Shown here: positions 63,150 through 64,000 of the stretch, piece by piece
Layout of the letters: every line of letters starts with the position of its first letter
How positions within the stretch are numbered: the first letter of the stretch is position 1
Origin: Lama guanicoe
Lineage: Eukaryota
Assembly: GCA_013239625.1 (NCBI GenBank)
Contig: MU055785.1
Span: 622,001-686,000 of the forward strand
Reading direction: 5' to 3'
DNA length: 64,000 nucleotides
The notes under the pieces: model-generated
The model's database searches: none
What the model was told of the DNA's origin: nothing
Seen by the model: only the letters and a program-made list of their open reading frames with translations
Translations under genes and position numbers: made by a program

Positions 63150-64000
63150 ATTCCAGTCTCCAACTAAAAGGAACTAGGGCTCCGTGGAGAAATGATAGAT
63201 TCCAGAGATGGGGTTAGGAAAGTATGCGATGAGGTCTGCCATCTGGTGTCAGAAAATGAGGCAGTGCTTAATGTGGACACATCCAGGGACAGGGAAGCCA
63301 GCTTGAATGAGATCCCCACTGGCCGAACTGGGGACAATTTGAACCTTGAAGTCAAGAATATAATTAACAGACTATGAACCGCTGCAAGAAGCAGACAAAC
63401 CTGAGTCCACACAGATATAAATAAACAGAAAAACTGAGGGAGGAAGGATACTGATCTTATTTCAAAGTACCCCTCAAGAAACACTTTTTTCTTTTTAGGT
63501 GGTGGAAGGTAATTAGGTTTGTTTATTTTTAATGGCGGTACTGGGGATTGAACCCAGGACCTCGGGCATGCTAAGCGGGTGCTCTACCACTGAGCCATAC
63601 CCTCCCCCAAGAAACACTTCTTAATGATAGAAGGGAAAAGAATAATTGTGCAGCAAAGAAGCCAGGCAAAACCCACCTGATGACAACAGTGACCATCACT
63701 GGTGATGGGACACATCGAAGTCATCTGCCACCTGGCGGGATCTGATGAGGACAGCATTACACAACCCAAATCTAATCACAAGGGAACATAAGACAAACCC
63801 AAAGTGATGGACTTTCTACAAAATAATGAGACTGTCCCTTCAAAAGTGTCCAGATCACGAGAGTCAAAGAAAGTCTAAGGATGTCCCAGACTGAAGGAGA
63901 CTTGGGACACAGGACAAGTACACGCAGCAGGTGATCCTGACCTGGGTCCTTTACTATGAAGGATCTTGCTGGGATGAGGATCAGGTGGTAGTGATGTGTC
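63150..64000 (+). mobile_element. Old L1 (L1MC-like) 3' region carrying a nested SINE
   Basis: gaactagggctcc...ggagaaatg...atccccactggcc...gggacaatttga; acaaacccaaagtga...ggacttt. Confidence 0.65.
63487..63607 (-). mobile_element. tRNA-derived SINE (Vic-1-like)
   Basis: Reverse complement reads ggggagggtatggctcagtggtagagc...gggttcaatccccagt; 12-bp TSD caagaaacactt at 63475-63486 and 63608-63619. Confidence 0.9.

Noticed and set aside
7409..63607. tRNA genes at the four gctcag...gggttcaatccc motifs
   Set aside because: They carry a non-tRNA 3' body, A-rich tails and TSDs, so they are SINEs.
1..64000. A novel multi-gene system, CRISPR array or prokaryote-type operon
   Set aside because: The sequence is intron-containing mammalian DNA. 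There are no regularly spaced repeat-spacer units, and all credible coding signal belongs to SSH1 or L1.
54180..64000. Canonical SSH1 exons 1-2 (MALVTLQRSPTPS...; LEAGSEEDRKLNL)
   Set aside because: Not found by eye, and no large CpG-island promoter is present, so they presumably lie beyond the window.

Overview
Mammalian genomic DNA, most likely camelid: four tRNA-derived SINE copies resemble the tylopod Vic-1 family (recognised by eye, not searched). The main content is SSH1 (slingshot protein phosphatase 1, a cofilin phosphatase) on the minus strand. I mapped 13 GT-AG coding exons by hand (canonical exons 3-15, 54179 down to the TGA at 27102, 3058 coding nt, all phases compatible), followed by a ~4.5 kb 3' UTR ending at an AATAAA at 22576-22581. 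Canonical exons 1-2 are not in the window. A candidate alternative first coding exon at 57321-57406 splices in frame to exon 3, giving a complete 1047-aa ORF inside the window. Bases 1-~22 kb are intergenic and repeat-rich (old L1, Tigger1 derivative, MER82, MER20, MLT1 LTRs, MIR/L2, younger L1 3' ends, SINEs), with an orphan GC-box/CpG cluster near 15.3 kb. A 220-N assembly gap lies at 31540-31759. I found no evidence of a novel biological system. The findings are isoform, regulatory and transposon observations of modest interest. Repeat family names come from recalled consensus sequences and need RepeatMasker/Dfam confirmation.
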